Source of the DNA: Terriglobia bacterium
Lineage (GTDB): Bacteria > Acidobacteriota > Terriglobia > 20CM-2-55-15
Assembly (NCBI GenBank): GCA_963664115.2
Contig: CAXWPJ010000009.1
Coordinates: 1,024,001 to 1,088,000, forward strand
Length of the DNA: 64,000 nucleotides
Direction: 5' to 3'
Shown here: piece by piece, positions 53,021-63,023 of the stretch
How the letters are laid out: every line of letters starts with the position of its first letter
How positions within the stretch are numbered: position 1 is the first letter of the stretch
Translations under genes and position numbers: made by a program
The notes under the pieces: model-generated
What the model saw: only the letters and a program-made list of their open reading frames with translations
Databases searched by the model: none
Told to the model about the DNA's origin: nothing

Positions 53021-55342
53021 ATGCACTTAACGAAAAGCAAATCTGTAATCGCAATTTTGGCGGTCACGCTGATCGGGATTGCGGGTGTCTGGGCCGGGCT
53101 TGTTCCGGAGTCGGCACCGGGAGTTGTTCCGGAGGCGACCTCGGGAACCGCCGAGAGCGTCGCTCGATTGGTTTCCGTCCAGGAATTCCCCCAACTCGAC
53201 GCCTGCGCATGGGATACCCCTGCCAGCTTCAGTTCGGGTCCGGCGCCATCGTTGAGTTCGGAAAATCTGCTCGGCGCCTTGGAGCAACGGGGGGGCGCTT
53301 CGTTTCTGACGGCTTCCCTGAGGCAACAAGCTCCGGTAATGCAGCAAGGGGGACGCGGGGGACCTGCAGAATTCGATTCCGACAGGCAGGGGACCTCGAC
53401 CCATCTGCGCACGCTGGCGGATACCTATCCCACCTTTACCGCTGTCGGCGTCAATACCAACACCAATGAAGTGATCCTGCAGGACAACAATCTATGGTCC
53501 GCCTACATCTTCAACCGGCTGGATAACACACCGCCGCGCGCGCGATTCAGCGAGCCGAAGCGGATCATCCAGGGGCCTGAGACCGAGATGCAGTTCAACA
53601 ACGGCCTCTACATCGATCCGGTGAACGGGGACATGTATTCGGTCGAATCGGACACGGGCGACAAGATGGTGGTGTTTGCCCAGGACGCCGGGGGTAACGT
53701 CGCGCCCAAGCGCATCCTGAACACACCCCATCGAGTGTACAGCGTTGCCGTCGACGAAGTGAGGGAGGAGCTCTACATCACCGTGGAGTACCCGCCCGAG
53801 GTGGTCGTGTACAACAAGAATGCCGAGGGGGATGAACTGCCGCTGCGGCGCATCGTCGGGGACAACACCCAGCTGGAAACACCCCACGGGATCGCCGTCG
53901 ACTCGAATCTCGGGCTCTTGTACGTGAACAACTGGGGCCATACCACGGATTTTGGAGATTCACGAGGTGGGACGACGGGTTACGAAGATAATGGCAGGAA
54001 TATTTCTCCTGTTGGCGATCCCTCTACGGGCCGGTTCAATCCGACTTCGATCACGATCTATTCGATCGAGGCGAACGGGGACGTGGCACCGATACGTGTG
54101 ATTGAAGGGGACCGGACGCAGTTGAATTGGCCTGGAAACATGACCGTGAACCAGGAGACCGGGGACCTGTATGTTGCCAATGACATGGATCACTCGATCC
54201 TGGTTTTCACAGGGTTGGACACCGCCGACGGCAACGTGGCGCCGACGCGGGTCATCAAGGGTGATCAGACCAAGCTGGTCCACCCGACCGGAGTGGCTGT
54301 GGACACCGTGAACCAGGAGTTGTGGGTGTCCAACCTGGGTAACGCATCGGGGGTGGCGTTTCCGCTCGAGGCCGATGGGAACGTGGCGCCCTTGCGGGTC
54401 GTACGTGCGGCGCCGGAGGAACACCAGTCGTTGATTTTCGGTCGGACCGCGGCGGTGACGTATGACCCCAACCGGGAAGAAATCCTGGTACCGAACTGAG
54501 TGAACCATCCGCAGGTTGCGGCCTTCGCCAGGTTGGCGGAGGAGAACGCGGTTCCGACACGTGTGATTGAAGGTGTGGCTTCACGGCTCGGCCGGACAAT
54601 GCATGATGTGATGTTCGATGCGATTCACGATGAACTCGTCGTGACGAGTCCATTCGCCCAGGCGATTTTGACATTCCGGGGCGATGCGGACGGCGAAGAA
54701 GCCCCCCTGCGCATCATCCAGGGTCCAAATACTCAGATCGTGAGCGAACGGGGTTTGGATAAAGTCACCATCGACCCGGTCAACAACGAGATCCTGATCG
54801 CGACCAACCACGGAGACGATCGAGACCCACTCGGAGCCATTCTGGTATTTCCGCGGGAAGCGGACGGCGATGTCGCTCCGATCCGGGTTCTAAGCGGGCC
54901 CGCCACCCAGTTCGGGGGCGGCCGTCCCTCGATGCGGGTCGACAACAAGAACGACCTGTTGCTCGTCGCTGAGAGTGGCGGTATTTTGATCTTTGATAGA
55001 ACCGCGAGCGGGAATACGCCGCCGGTTGGATGGATTCCAGGACCCAGCGGCAACCAGTTCGACGTCTACAACAATCTGATCATCACGCTGAGGGGCGACT
55101 ACCTCTACGCCTGGGACATCCACACCAGGGGCGAGGGCATCCGTCCGGTCTGGAAGATTTCAACTCCGCTGGGAGCGCGAGCCGCCCAGACGGGACTTGT
55201 TCTGGATCCTGTTCACGAGGAGGTCATCGTCGCGACCGGAGCCGGAAACCAGATTCTGGTGTTTCACGTTCCCGAAATATTCGCGGAACGCAGTGAGGTG
55301 CCACGCGCCTCGACACCATTCCGCTTCTCAGCTGAGGAGTAG
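53021..55342 (+). CDS. Secreted beta-propeller protein, putative selenoprotein (UGA at 54497-54499, residue 493 of 773)
   Basis: ORFs 53021-54499 and 54500-55342 abut in frame (EILVPN*VNHPQVAAFARLA); close paralog of copy 2. Confidence 0.85.
54522..54542 (+). promoter_or_regulatory. Candidate SECIS hairpin, propeller copy 3
   Basis: CCTTCGCCA-GGT-TGGCGGAGG, a 9-bp stem with the same 31-nt spacer. Confidence 0.75.
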
Positions 55343-55448
55343 TTCGGGCGGTTTCGAATCTTTTCGAATATCTTGCCTGCAAAAACAAAAGCGAGGCAAC
55401 TGGCCCGTTTCGGGAGTTGCCTCGCTTCAGGTAAGACGTCGCGACCGT

Positions 55449-56441
55449 CTATGCCGTCGCTAACTTTTCCAGGCCGGATCTCAACAGGCCTTTCGCCATA
55501 TCGATCTTCATCGCGTTGTACTTGAGCGGGGCCGCCCCCGTCAGTGCCGTCGACTGTGCTTCCAGGGCCAACTCCGGGCTCAAGGCTTTCCCTCTCAGAA
55601 AGTCCTCCACCGCACGTTCTCTCCATGGCCTTCCGGCGATCCCGCCGAAGACCACACGCGAGTCCGTGATCGTCTGCCCGTTCATCTCCAGTCCCATCGC
55701 CAGCGACGCCATCGCGAAGTCCCACACCCCACGGGGCCGGATCTTCTCAAACGACGCCCGGAACCCCACCCGTGGCGCCGGCAGCGTCACTTCCGTCAAT
55801 ATCTCGTTGTACCGCACCACATGCGACTGGATCTTCCCATCCACCATCATGTCCCCCGGTACCAACTGTTCCACACTCAACTCCTTCGTCCCCAACGGTC
55901 CCACCAGCTTCACCGTCGCATCAAACGGGATCAGGGCCGGCGCCGCATCCCCCGGATACACCGCGTAGCACAACCGTCCCCCCATCGCCGAGTGGTAATA
56001 GCTGTTGTCTCCGATCGCTCCATGGCAGATGTAGCCCCCGTTGCGATAGCACGCATACCCCCCTCTCAGGTACTGGCACCACACCTCCTGCAACAGGTCC
56101 CCGCCCAACGTCGACGCGTTCCTCAACTCGGGCGAGGAAATCATATTCATCGCTTCTATCAGCATCGGGTACTTCCGCCCCACCAACGCCGAATCCGCAA
56201 TCTCCGACAGCTTCGTCAGCGCCCCGATATCCACGCCCCCCGTCGCATTCTCCCGGATGTAGCTCAGGTTTGGAATTCCCTTCACATCCACCAGATAACT
56301 CGGCGCCTGATCCAAGCGGTTCTTCAAGCGGATCAGCAGGTCCGTCCCCCCCGCATACACCCCCGCTTCCGTTCCATGCAGCGTCAATATCTGGATCGCT
56401 TCATCCATGCTCGTCGGCCGATATATCGATACTTTCTTCAT
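55449..56441 (-). CDS. Xanthine dehydrogenase family FAD-binding subunit with a 4-Cys insert (PaoB/HcrB-like)
   Basis: ATG at 56441 overlaps the Mo-subunit stop (ATGA). AGGTDL, RNASTLGG, and CQYLR..C..C..C as a likely [4Fe-4S] insert. Confidence 0.9.
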   Translation of the reverse strand: MKKVSIYRPTSMDEAIQILTLHGTEAGVYAGGTDLLIRLKNRLDQAPSYLVDVKGIPNLSYIRENATGGVDIGALTKLSEIADSALVGRKYPMLIEAMNMISSPELRNASTLGGDLLQEVWCQYLRGGYACYRNGGYICHGAIGDNSYYHSAMGGRLCYAVYPGDAAPALIPFDATVKLVGPLGTKELSVEQLVPGDMMVDGKIQSHVVRYNEILTEVTLPAPRVGFRASFEKIRPRGVWDFAMASLAMGLEMNGQTITDSRVVFGGIAGRPWRERAVEDFLRGKALSPELALEAQSTALTGAAPLKYNAMKIDMAKGLLRSGLEKLATA

Positions 56442-58954
56442 GCCCCCGCCTCCCTCTCTTTCAATCCCGCCATGATCTTGTCCCGCGTGATCGGATGCTC
56501 CCGGATTCGAACCCCGCACGCGTTGTAGATGGCATTCGCAATGGCACCGGGGACGGCCCCGATGGAGGTTTCGGCAAACCCTTTCGTCCCATAGAACCAA
56601 CGCGGCTCCAGACTGTTGACGAATACCTGCGTTGCGTCGGGAACATCCATTATCGTGGGCAATCGGTAGGACAGATAGCCGACGCTGTAGTGACGGATGC
56701 CGGGTAACTCGCGATCGGATGGAATCGCGTCCGTCGTCATCTGGAAGCTCTGGATCAGGGATCCAGTCATGTCGCCTTCCGCAACCAGGGGGTTGATGAC
56801 CTGCCCGGAATCATGGCAATAGGCCGATCTCACGAAATGCCAGTCGCCCGTCCAGGTGTCGACCTCGACCTCGGCAAAGCAAGCGCCGATGCCCCGGTTC
56901 ATGGCGCGTCCAATCGAACCGGGATGCACCGCCTGGCCCGGGAAGCTGATGACGCCGCTGTTCGCTCTGGCCAGCGCCGCGAATGTCGTCTGATTTTGAG
57001 GGTTGGCTTGCGAGGAGATTACGCCATCCCGGATCTCCAGCTCGGCGACATCCACCCCCAACGCCGCCCCCGCGCGCTGGAGAAGATCGTTCCGGAGCTT
57101 TTCGGCGGCAGCGTTCAAGGCCCCACCTTGCAACTGGGTCGTGAGACCGCTATTCCATCCTGGAGCAGAGGGCGCGAGGTCCGTGTCCCCCCAGATCGCC
57201 CGGATGTGATCCAGGCTCGTGAATCCCAGAATCTCCGCCACCAGGGCCGCCATCGAGGTGGCGTGGTTCGTCCCGCTATCGGGCTGGGCGAAGTGCAGGT
57301 AAATGTTGCCGTCGTCTCTCAGCTCCAGCTCCGCGTTGAAGGGAGCGCCGCCACCACCACCACCGCCGAAACCACCGTCGCTCAGGGCGATCTCCGCCAT
57401 GATTCTTTCGAAACCGACCTCCCCTTCGCGGTAACCCACACGTCCGGCATGGTGTTGCGAATTCGCCACGCCAAAGCCTCTCTTGAACCGGCCGGGGTTG
57501 CCTCCGGGTATGGGATTTCTCTGATCCCATCCGATAGTCTTCGCGCCTTCTTCCAGCACCTCCACCGACGCATACGAATCGTATGTGAGCGTATCGTTCT
57601 CGCTCTCGGGCATTTCGCTTACGGTCGGGCCGCCCGATTCATGCGTAACCTGAGTTCCGGGCTTTTGAATGTTGAGAAGCCGGAACTCGACGGGATCCAT
57701 CCCCACCGCTTCCGCCATTTCGTCCATCATGCTTTCCCAGGCGAACTTGAACTCCTGCTGCGCGTTGCTCCGGGACGGACCGATCAACTGCGAGTTCGTC
57801 GTGTAGTTGTACGCTATTTCTCTCCAGTTCGGGATAACGTGCAGGTAGAGTTCAGAACGCCCTCCACCGCGTCCTCCGCCGCCACCGCCACCGGCACCGA
57901 CCGCAACGTGGACTTCCCTCTGGCAGACCGTGATGCGCCCGTCGCTTGTGGCTCCAACCTTAAAATGGGTCAGGCTTTCCGGTTTCACCGACATCTGTCC
58001 CAATTCCTGGTCCTTGGGGAGCGAAATCTTCATCGGTCGACCTGTCATCTTGGCGATATGGGAGATGAAGACCTGGAACCTCACCGACCCGGTGTCGGGA
58101 CCAAAAGTGCCGCCGTTCCATTTGTTGATGAATCGAATATTGGATTCATCGATGCCCAATCCACGAGCTAGAGACTGTCGATGCGGGTAGATTCTCTGCC
58201 CCATCGCATAGAACGTCAGCTGATCACCGTCCCACTTGGCGACACAACTGGCAGGCTGCATCGGAATTGGCCGCGCGCCTCCGAAATAATAGGTGAACTC
58301 CCGAACGACATCCGCCGCTTCGAACGCGCCATCGACATCACCGAATTCGATGTTCGTCTGGTTGACGTTCTCCCGGTCCGGCCGGGTTTGAGGCGCATTC
58401 GGCATCATGACCTGATCGAGCGTCGCCGCGAAGGGAAGCCTTTCATACTCGACATCGATGGCCGCAACCCCATCCTCGGCCAGATCCTCGGTCTCAGCCG
58501 CGACGATGGCGACGATTTCTCCTGCATAGCGGAGTTCTTCCGACATCGGGAAGTTGGCCGGCGCGTTCTGGGCCGTGAGGATATAGGCCACGCCCGGCAT
58601 ACGCTCCGCCGCTGAAACATCCAGCCTCACGATTCGAGCTCTAGGGTGGGGGTTCACGAGGAGCTTCCCATAGAGCAGGTCGGGGAACCACACGCGTGTG
58701 GCGTACTGGGCGGTGCCCGTATGTCGCGGTATCGCGACCTCGGGCAACGGGGCATTCGATTTGCCGACGACGTTGAGATCGACAGGTGGGTAGCCCTGCC
58801 ATTTCTGCGTGACGATCTGATCGTCGCCTTCGACGAGTGTGTCTTCGGGACCGTGACCGCCTCCGGTGGAGTAATCGCGCACCATCGGTTGGTTGATCAC
58901 GATCGAATCGTGCGCTGTCGGCACGATCTTCGGTATACCGTTTTCCTGACTCAT
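56438..58954 (-). CDS. Xanthine dehydrogenase family molybdopterin-binding subunit
   Basis: PHPRARI, NGGTFG, MDEMAEAVGMDPVEFRLLN, AEVEVDTWTG, KGFAE, IANAIYNACGVRI. Confidence 0.92.
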   Translation of the reverse strand: MSQENGIPKIVPTAHDSIVINQPMVRDYSTGGGHGPEDTLVEGDDQIVTQKWQGYPPVDLNVVGKSNAPLPEVAIPRHTGTAQYATRVWFPDLLYGKLLVNPHPRARIVRLDVSAAERMPGVAYILTAQNAPANFPMSEELRYAGEIVAIVAAETEDLAEDGVAAIDVEYERLPFAATLDQVMMPNAPQTRPDRENVNQTNIEFGDVDGAFEAADVVREFTYYFGGARPIPMQPASCVAKWDGDQLTFYAMGQRIYPHRQSLARGLGIDESNIRFINKWNGGTFGPDTGSVRFQVFISHIAKMTGRPMKISLPKDQELGQMSVKPESLTHFKVGATSDGRITVCQREVHVAVGAGGGGGGGRGGGRSELYLHVIPNWREIAYNYTTNSQLIGPSRSNAQQEFKFAWESMMDEMAEAVGMDPVEFRLLNIQKPGTQVTHESGGPTVSEMPESENDTLTYDSYASVEVLEEGAKTIGWDQRNPIPGGNPGRFKRGFGVANSQHHAGRVGYREGEVGFERIMAEIALSDGGFGGGGGGGAPFNAELELRDDGNIYLHFAQPDSGTNHATSMAALVAEILGFTSLDHIRAIWGDTDLAPSAPGWNSGLTTQLQGGALNAAAEKLRNDLLQRAGAALGVDVAELEIRDGVISSQANPQNQTTFAALARANSGVISFPGQAVHPGSIGRAMNRGIGACFAEVEVDTWTGDWHFVRSAYCHDSGQVINPLVAEGDMTGSLIQSFQMTTDAIPSDRELPGIRHYSVGYLSYRLPTIMDVPDATQVFVNSLEPRWFYGTKGFAETSIGAVPGAIANAIYNACGVRIREHPITRDKIMAGLKEREAGA

Positions 58955-59568
58955 AGTTCCGCCTCCCCGCGCATGACTTTACCCGCATCCACCACCGTCC
59001 GTATGATCGCCGGGTAGGCCGCGCACCGGCAGATATGCCCCGACAGCGCCATCTTGACTTCGTCCACGGTCGGGTCCGGGTTCTCGTCGAGCAGTCCCTT
59101 CGCCGTCACTTCCCATCCCGGTGTACAGAATCCGCAGTCGGCCGCCACGTACCGGTGGCCCACCGCCTGGATGGGATGCAGATTGTCTGCGTCACCCAGG
59201 CCTTCCACCGTGAATATGTCTTTCTCCCTCGCCTCCGTCGCCAGGGTGTGACAGGAGTAGTAGGGCGTCCCCTCGATCAGCACGCTGCAGGCTCCACAGC
59301 TCGCCCGGTTGCAGCTCCGGTTCGTCCCCGTCAGCGCCAGCTTCATCGCGATCACTTCCCACAACGTCGTCCGGGCCTCGTATTCAGCCTGGTAGGTGGC
59401 TCCATTGATTATGAATGTACCGATCTCCACCGTCATCGGTGCGGGAATACCTGACGCCATCTGAGCCGAAGCCGCGGAACCGGCGACCGAGCGGTAACCG
59501 CCCACCGTCGTCAGTACGACCGCGCCTGAGCCGGCCGCCTTCAGAAAATGTCTCCGGGAATACTTCAT
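58951..59568 (-). CDS. (2Fe-2S) subunit with a Tat signal (PaoA-like)
   Basis: SRRHFLK leader, CNRASCGAC, CGFCTPG, HICRC. Confidence 0.92.
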   Translation of the reverse strand: MKYSRRHFLKAAGSGAVVLTTVGGYRSVAGSAASAQMASGIPAPMTVEIGTFIINGATYQAEYEARTTLWEVIAMKLALTGTNRSCNRASCGACSVLIEGTPYYSCHTLATEAREKDIFTVEGLGDADNLHPIQAVGHRYVAADCGFCTPGWEVTAKGLLDENPDPTVDEVKMALSGHICRCAAYPAIIRTVVDAGKVMRGEAEL

Positions 59569-59728
59569 ATCTCAAACCTCCATCAGTGCTAGGGAATCTG
59601 CAACATATTCCTTAGGGAACCCGGACCGGGAACCGGGATCGTTGACATAACGAATCGGCGTTAACGGTCCAAAAATCTGAAATAATTGTCTACAAATATC
59701 GCTTCAAAAAACTCCGTGCAAGCCACAA

Positions 59729-60385
59729 TCAACTCCGGTCGGACACCTTGGCGTTTTCAGCGACAAGCCGGATGAAATCGGGCAGTTCGTGTAGCGAGAC
59801 GATGCCCCCCGTGGGCCCGTGCATCGCCAATCTTCGGCCCTCGTCATAGTCATTGATCATCAGGATAGAGTTCGCACCGGCGTCGGTTGCGGTCTTCAGG
59901 CCCTCTTCAGTGTCCGCGAGAGATATCACGTTTCGAGGATCAAAGGATGCACCCTCCATCGCGCGAGCAAGCGGCACGGTCTTGACACCGCCGGCGTTGT
60001 CCCGGTTCCACACCGCCGAGAAGGAACCGGCAAGCGAGAACTTCTCCACGAAGTGCGCCACCGCCGGGCCAGACAGCGAAGAGGCAATCAAAGTCCTCAC
60101 ACCCATCTTGTTGCATTCGGAGAGCGAGGGAACGACGTCCTCGTACAGTTCCACGCGATCGATCGCTTGAATTTCCAGGCCTTCCACGAACTCCTTCTCC
60201 GGAGAACTCAACTCCATGTCCATCTTCTGCATCCAGTCGAGCACGTTCCAATACGCTTCGCTCCCGGATCTGTTCGCCGGCGTCGCCTGGCCGGACAACT
60301 TCAATGCGATTTCATTGAATTCTTCTCCCGGAAATTCAGCGAGGCAACCTACGGGCTCGAATAAAATACAGTTAACTATCTGCAT
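59729..60385 (-). CDS. HAD-superfamily protein with a degenerate motif I
   Basis: ILFEPVG in place of xxFDxDG, LYEDVVPSL, IASS, a GVKT Lys motif, LADTEEG and AGANSI. Confidence 0.65.
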   Translation of the reverse strand: MQIVNCILFEPVGCLAEFPGEEFNEIALKLSGQATPANRSGSEAYWNVLDWMQKMDMELSSPEKEFVEGLEIQAIDRVELYEDVVPSLSECNKMGVRTLIASSLSGPAVAHFVEKFSLAGSFSAVWNRDNAGGVKTVPLARAMEGASFDPRNVISLADTEEGLKTATDAGANSILMINDYDEGRRLAMHGPTGGIVSLHELPDFIRLVAENAKVSDRS

Positions 60386-60473
60386 CGATACTAGGGTTCC
60401 TCCCGGTGAAAATGTGGATATCGGTACGCCTATGCCGCAGCCGGTCCCTTCAACTTTCGGAACGAAACTCCCG

Positions 60474-63023
60474 TCACGCCCGCACTTCGTTTGCCTTCAA
60501 CCCAGCCATGATCTTTTCCCGCGTGATCGGATGCTCCCGGATTCGGACGCCGCACGCATTGTAAATCGCGTTGGCCAGCGCACCGGGCACGGACCCGATG
60601 GCGGTTTCGGCAAAACCCTTCGAACCATAGAACCAACGCGGCTCCAGGCTGTTCACGAACACCTGCGTCGCCTCGGGAACGTCCATAATCGTGGGCAGTC
60701 GGTATGATAGGAACCCGACACTGTAATGACGGACTCCCGGCAACTCCCGGTCCCTCGGAATGGAATCGGTCGACATCTGGAAACTCTGGATCAGGGACCC
60801 TTCCATATCGGCTTCGCCCAGCAGTGGGTTGATGATGAAGCCCGAATCGTGGCAATAGGCCGCGTTCAGGAAATGCCAGTCGCCCGTCCACGTGTCCACC
60901 TCGACTTCCGCGAAGCACGCCGCAATGCCCCGGTTCAGGGCGCGTCCGATCGATCCCGGATGGATGCACTGGCCCCGATGGGTGATGACACCGTCGGCGG
61001 TTCGAGCCAGTTCCGCAAAGGTCGTCTGGTTTCGTGAGTTGTCCCGTGCGGAGATGACGCCGTCCCGAATATCGAGTCCTGCCGCGTCGACGCTCAAACG
61101 GACCGCTGCGCGTTCCAGAAGGTCCTGCCGGAGCTTAATAATCGCGCTGCAAATGGCACCGCCCTGCAATTGGGTCGTCATGCCGCTGTTCCAACGCGGA
61201 CCCATCGGCGCTGTCTCGGAATCGCCCCATGTCGCCCGAATCTGCTCCAGGCTTGTGAACCCCAGGATTTCCGCAGCCAGGGCCGCCATTGCGGTGCCGT
61301 GGTTAGTGCCGCTGTCGGGATTGGTGAAGTAGAGAAGAATCGTGCCGTCCGGATTCAGGTCCACGCGCGCATCGAAGGGCACACCGCCACCGCCACCGCC
61401 ACTGAAGGGAGTCGTCCCTGCGCTTTGCGCCATGCGGATCTCGAAGCCGCGCTCGCCATCGCGATAACCCACGCGCCCGGCGTGGTGTTGCGACATCGCC
61501 AAGCCAATCCCGCGCTTAAACCGTCCGGGATTACCCCCGGGCACTGGATTGCGCTGATCCCACCCAATGACGCGGGCGCCTTCCTCAAGGACTTCGACCG
61601 ATGCATATGAATCGTAGGTGAGTGTCTCGTTTTCGCTCTCGGGCATCGGACTGATCGTGGGACCGCCCGAACGGTGTGTGATCGTCGTGCCGGGCTTTTG
61701 GACGTTCATCAGCCGGAACTCGACGGGATCCATCCCGACCGCTTCGGCCATTTCATCCATCATACTTTCCCAGGCGAACTTGAATTCCTGCTGCTCGTTG
61801 CTCCGCGAGGCGCCAATCCGCTGGGTATTCGTCATGTAGTTGTAGCCAATTTCCCTCCAGTTGGGGACCACGTGCAGGTAGAGCTCGGACCGGCCGCCAC
61901 CCGCGCCACCACCGCCCCCACCGCTGCTGCCTCGGCTCATGTAAAATGTCCGTTCGCTGGCGATGATCTTGCCGTCTCGATTCGCGCCTACTTTGAATCT
62001 CGTCAATGTTTCGGGCTTGACCGAGATTTGGCCCAGCTCCTGGTCCTTTGGAAGCGAGATCTTGGTGGGACGTCCCGTCATCTTGGCGATGTACGCAATC
62101 CAAACCTGGAACCTGCCGGATCCGGTGTCGGGACCAAAGGTGCCGCCGTTCCATTTGTTAATGAATCGAATGTTCGACTCATCGATGCCCAGCCCACGGG
62201 ATAACTCCCGCCGGTACTGAAAGATTCCCTGGCCCATGCCCCAGAAAGTCAGCCGGTCGCCGTCCCAATTGGCCACACAGCTGGCGGGCTGCAACGGAAT
62301 GGGGCGCGCGCCGCCGAAGTAATATGTGAACTCCCGGACGATATCGGCCTCTTCGAACGCCTGGTCGACGTCGCCATATTCGAGCACCCGGGTCGCATCG
62401 GGATCGTATCCCTCCTGATCCGGACGCAAGTGCCTCAGGTTCCCCGCTGGATTGATGAGCGGCGCATCCGATGCCATGACCTGCTCGAGAGTGGATGCAG
62501 ACGGAAGCACCTCGTAGTCCACCTCGATCGCCGCCGCCGCGTCCTCGGCCAGATCTTCGGTGTCCGCAGCCACAAAGGCGACGGTTTCGCCCACGTGATT
62601 CAGTTCTACAGGGAAGGGATGGGTGCTTGGGGCGTTCCCGGCGGTGAGGATGTACCGCACTCCCGGCATCCGTTCCGCCCGTGAAACGTCTATGCGGCCG
62701 ACGCGCGCTCGCGGATGCGGGCTTTGGACCATCTTCACGTAGAGCATATCGGGCAGCATGACCCGAGTGGCATAGAGCGCTGTTCCCGTATACCGGGGGA
62801 TCGCGATTTCCGGCAGCGGCGCAAACGGTTTGCCAACGACGTTGAGATTCACCGGCGGATAGCCCTGCCACTTCGGGGTGACGATCTGCTCGTCGCCTTC
62901 GATGAGCGTGTCTTCTGGACCGTGCCCCCCGCCGGTGGCATAATCCCGCTCCATCGGTTGGTTGATTATGATCGAATGGCTAGGTGTTGCCTCGATCTTG
63001 GGCTTGCCGTTTTCCTGACTCAT
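60474..63023 (-). CDS. Second xanthine dehydrogenase family molybdopterin-binding subunit (orphan paralog)
   Basis: Starts MSQENG at 63023 and is highly similar to 56438-58954 along its length. Confidence 0.92.
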   Translation of the reverse strand: MSQENGKPKIEATPSHSIIINQPMERDYATGGGHGPEDTLIEGDEQIVTPKWQGYPPVNLNVVGKPFAPLPEIAIPRYTGTALYATRVMLPDMLYVKMVQSPHPRARVGRIDVSRAERMPGVRYILTAGNAPSTHPFPVELNHVGETVAFVAADTEDLAEDAAAAIEVDYEVLPSASTLEQVMASDAPLINPAGNLRHLRPDQEGYDPDATRVLEYGDVDQAFEEADIVREFTYYFGGARPIPLQPASCVANWDGDRLTFWGMGQGIFQYRRELSRGLGIDESNIRFINKWNGGTFGPDTGSGRFQVWIAYIAKMTGRPTKISLPKDQELGQISVKPETLTRFKVGANRDGKIIASERTFYMSRGSSGGGGGGAGGGRSELYLHVVPNWREIGYNYMTNTQRIGASRSNEQQEFKFAWESMMDEMAEAVGMDPVEFRLMNVQKPGTTITHRSGGPTISPMPESENETLTYDSYASVEVLEEGARVIGWDQRNPVPGGNPGRFKRGIGLAMSQHHAGRVGYRDGERGFEIRMAQSAGTTPFSGGGGGGVPFDARVDLNPDGTILLYFTNPDSGTNHGTAMAALAAEILGFTSLEQIRATWGDSETAPMGPRWNSGMTTQLQGGAICSAIIKLRQDLLERAAVRLSVDAAGLDIRDGVISARDNSRNQTTFAELARTADGVITHRGQCIHPGSIGRALNRGIAACFAEVEVDTWTGDWHFLNAAYCHDSGFIINPLLGEADMEGSLIQSFQMSTDSIPRDRELPGVRHYSVGFLSYRLPTIMDVPEATQVFVNSLEPRWFYGSKGFAETAIGSVPGALANAIYNACGVRIREHPITREKIMAGLKANEVRA

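Noticed and set aside
33980-54502. Propeller TGAs as nonsense mutations, or as true stops with GTG restarts
   Set aside because: Not formally excluded, but disfavoured. The codon and position are identical in three diverged paralogs, the site is mid-blade, the downstream halves are intact yet have no RBS or signal peptide, and a covarying hairpin follows.
60430-60477. Short frame after the second Mo subunit (VTGVSFRK...) as a remnant of a FAD-subunit start
   Set aside because: Similarity to MKKVSIYR is too short to support.
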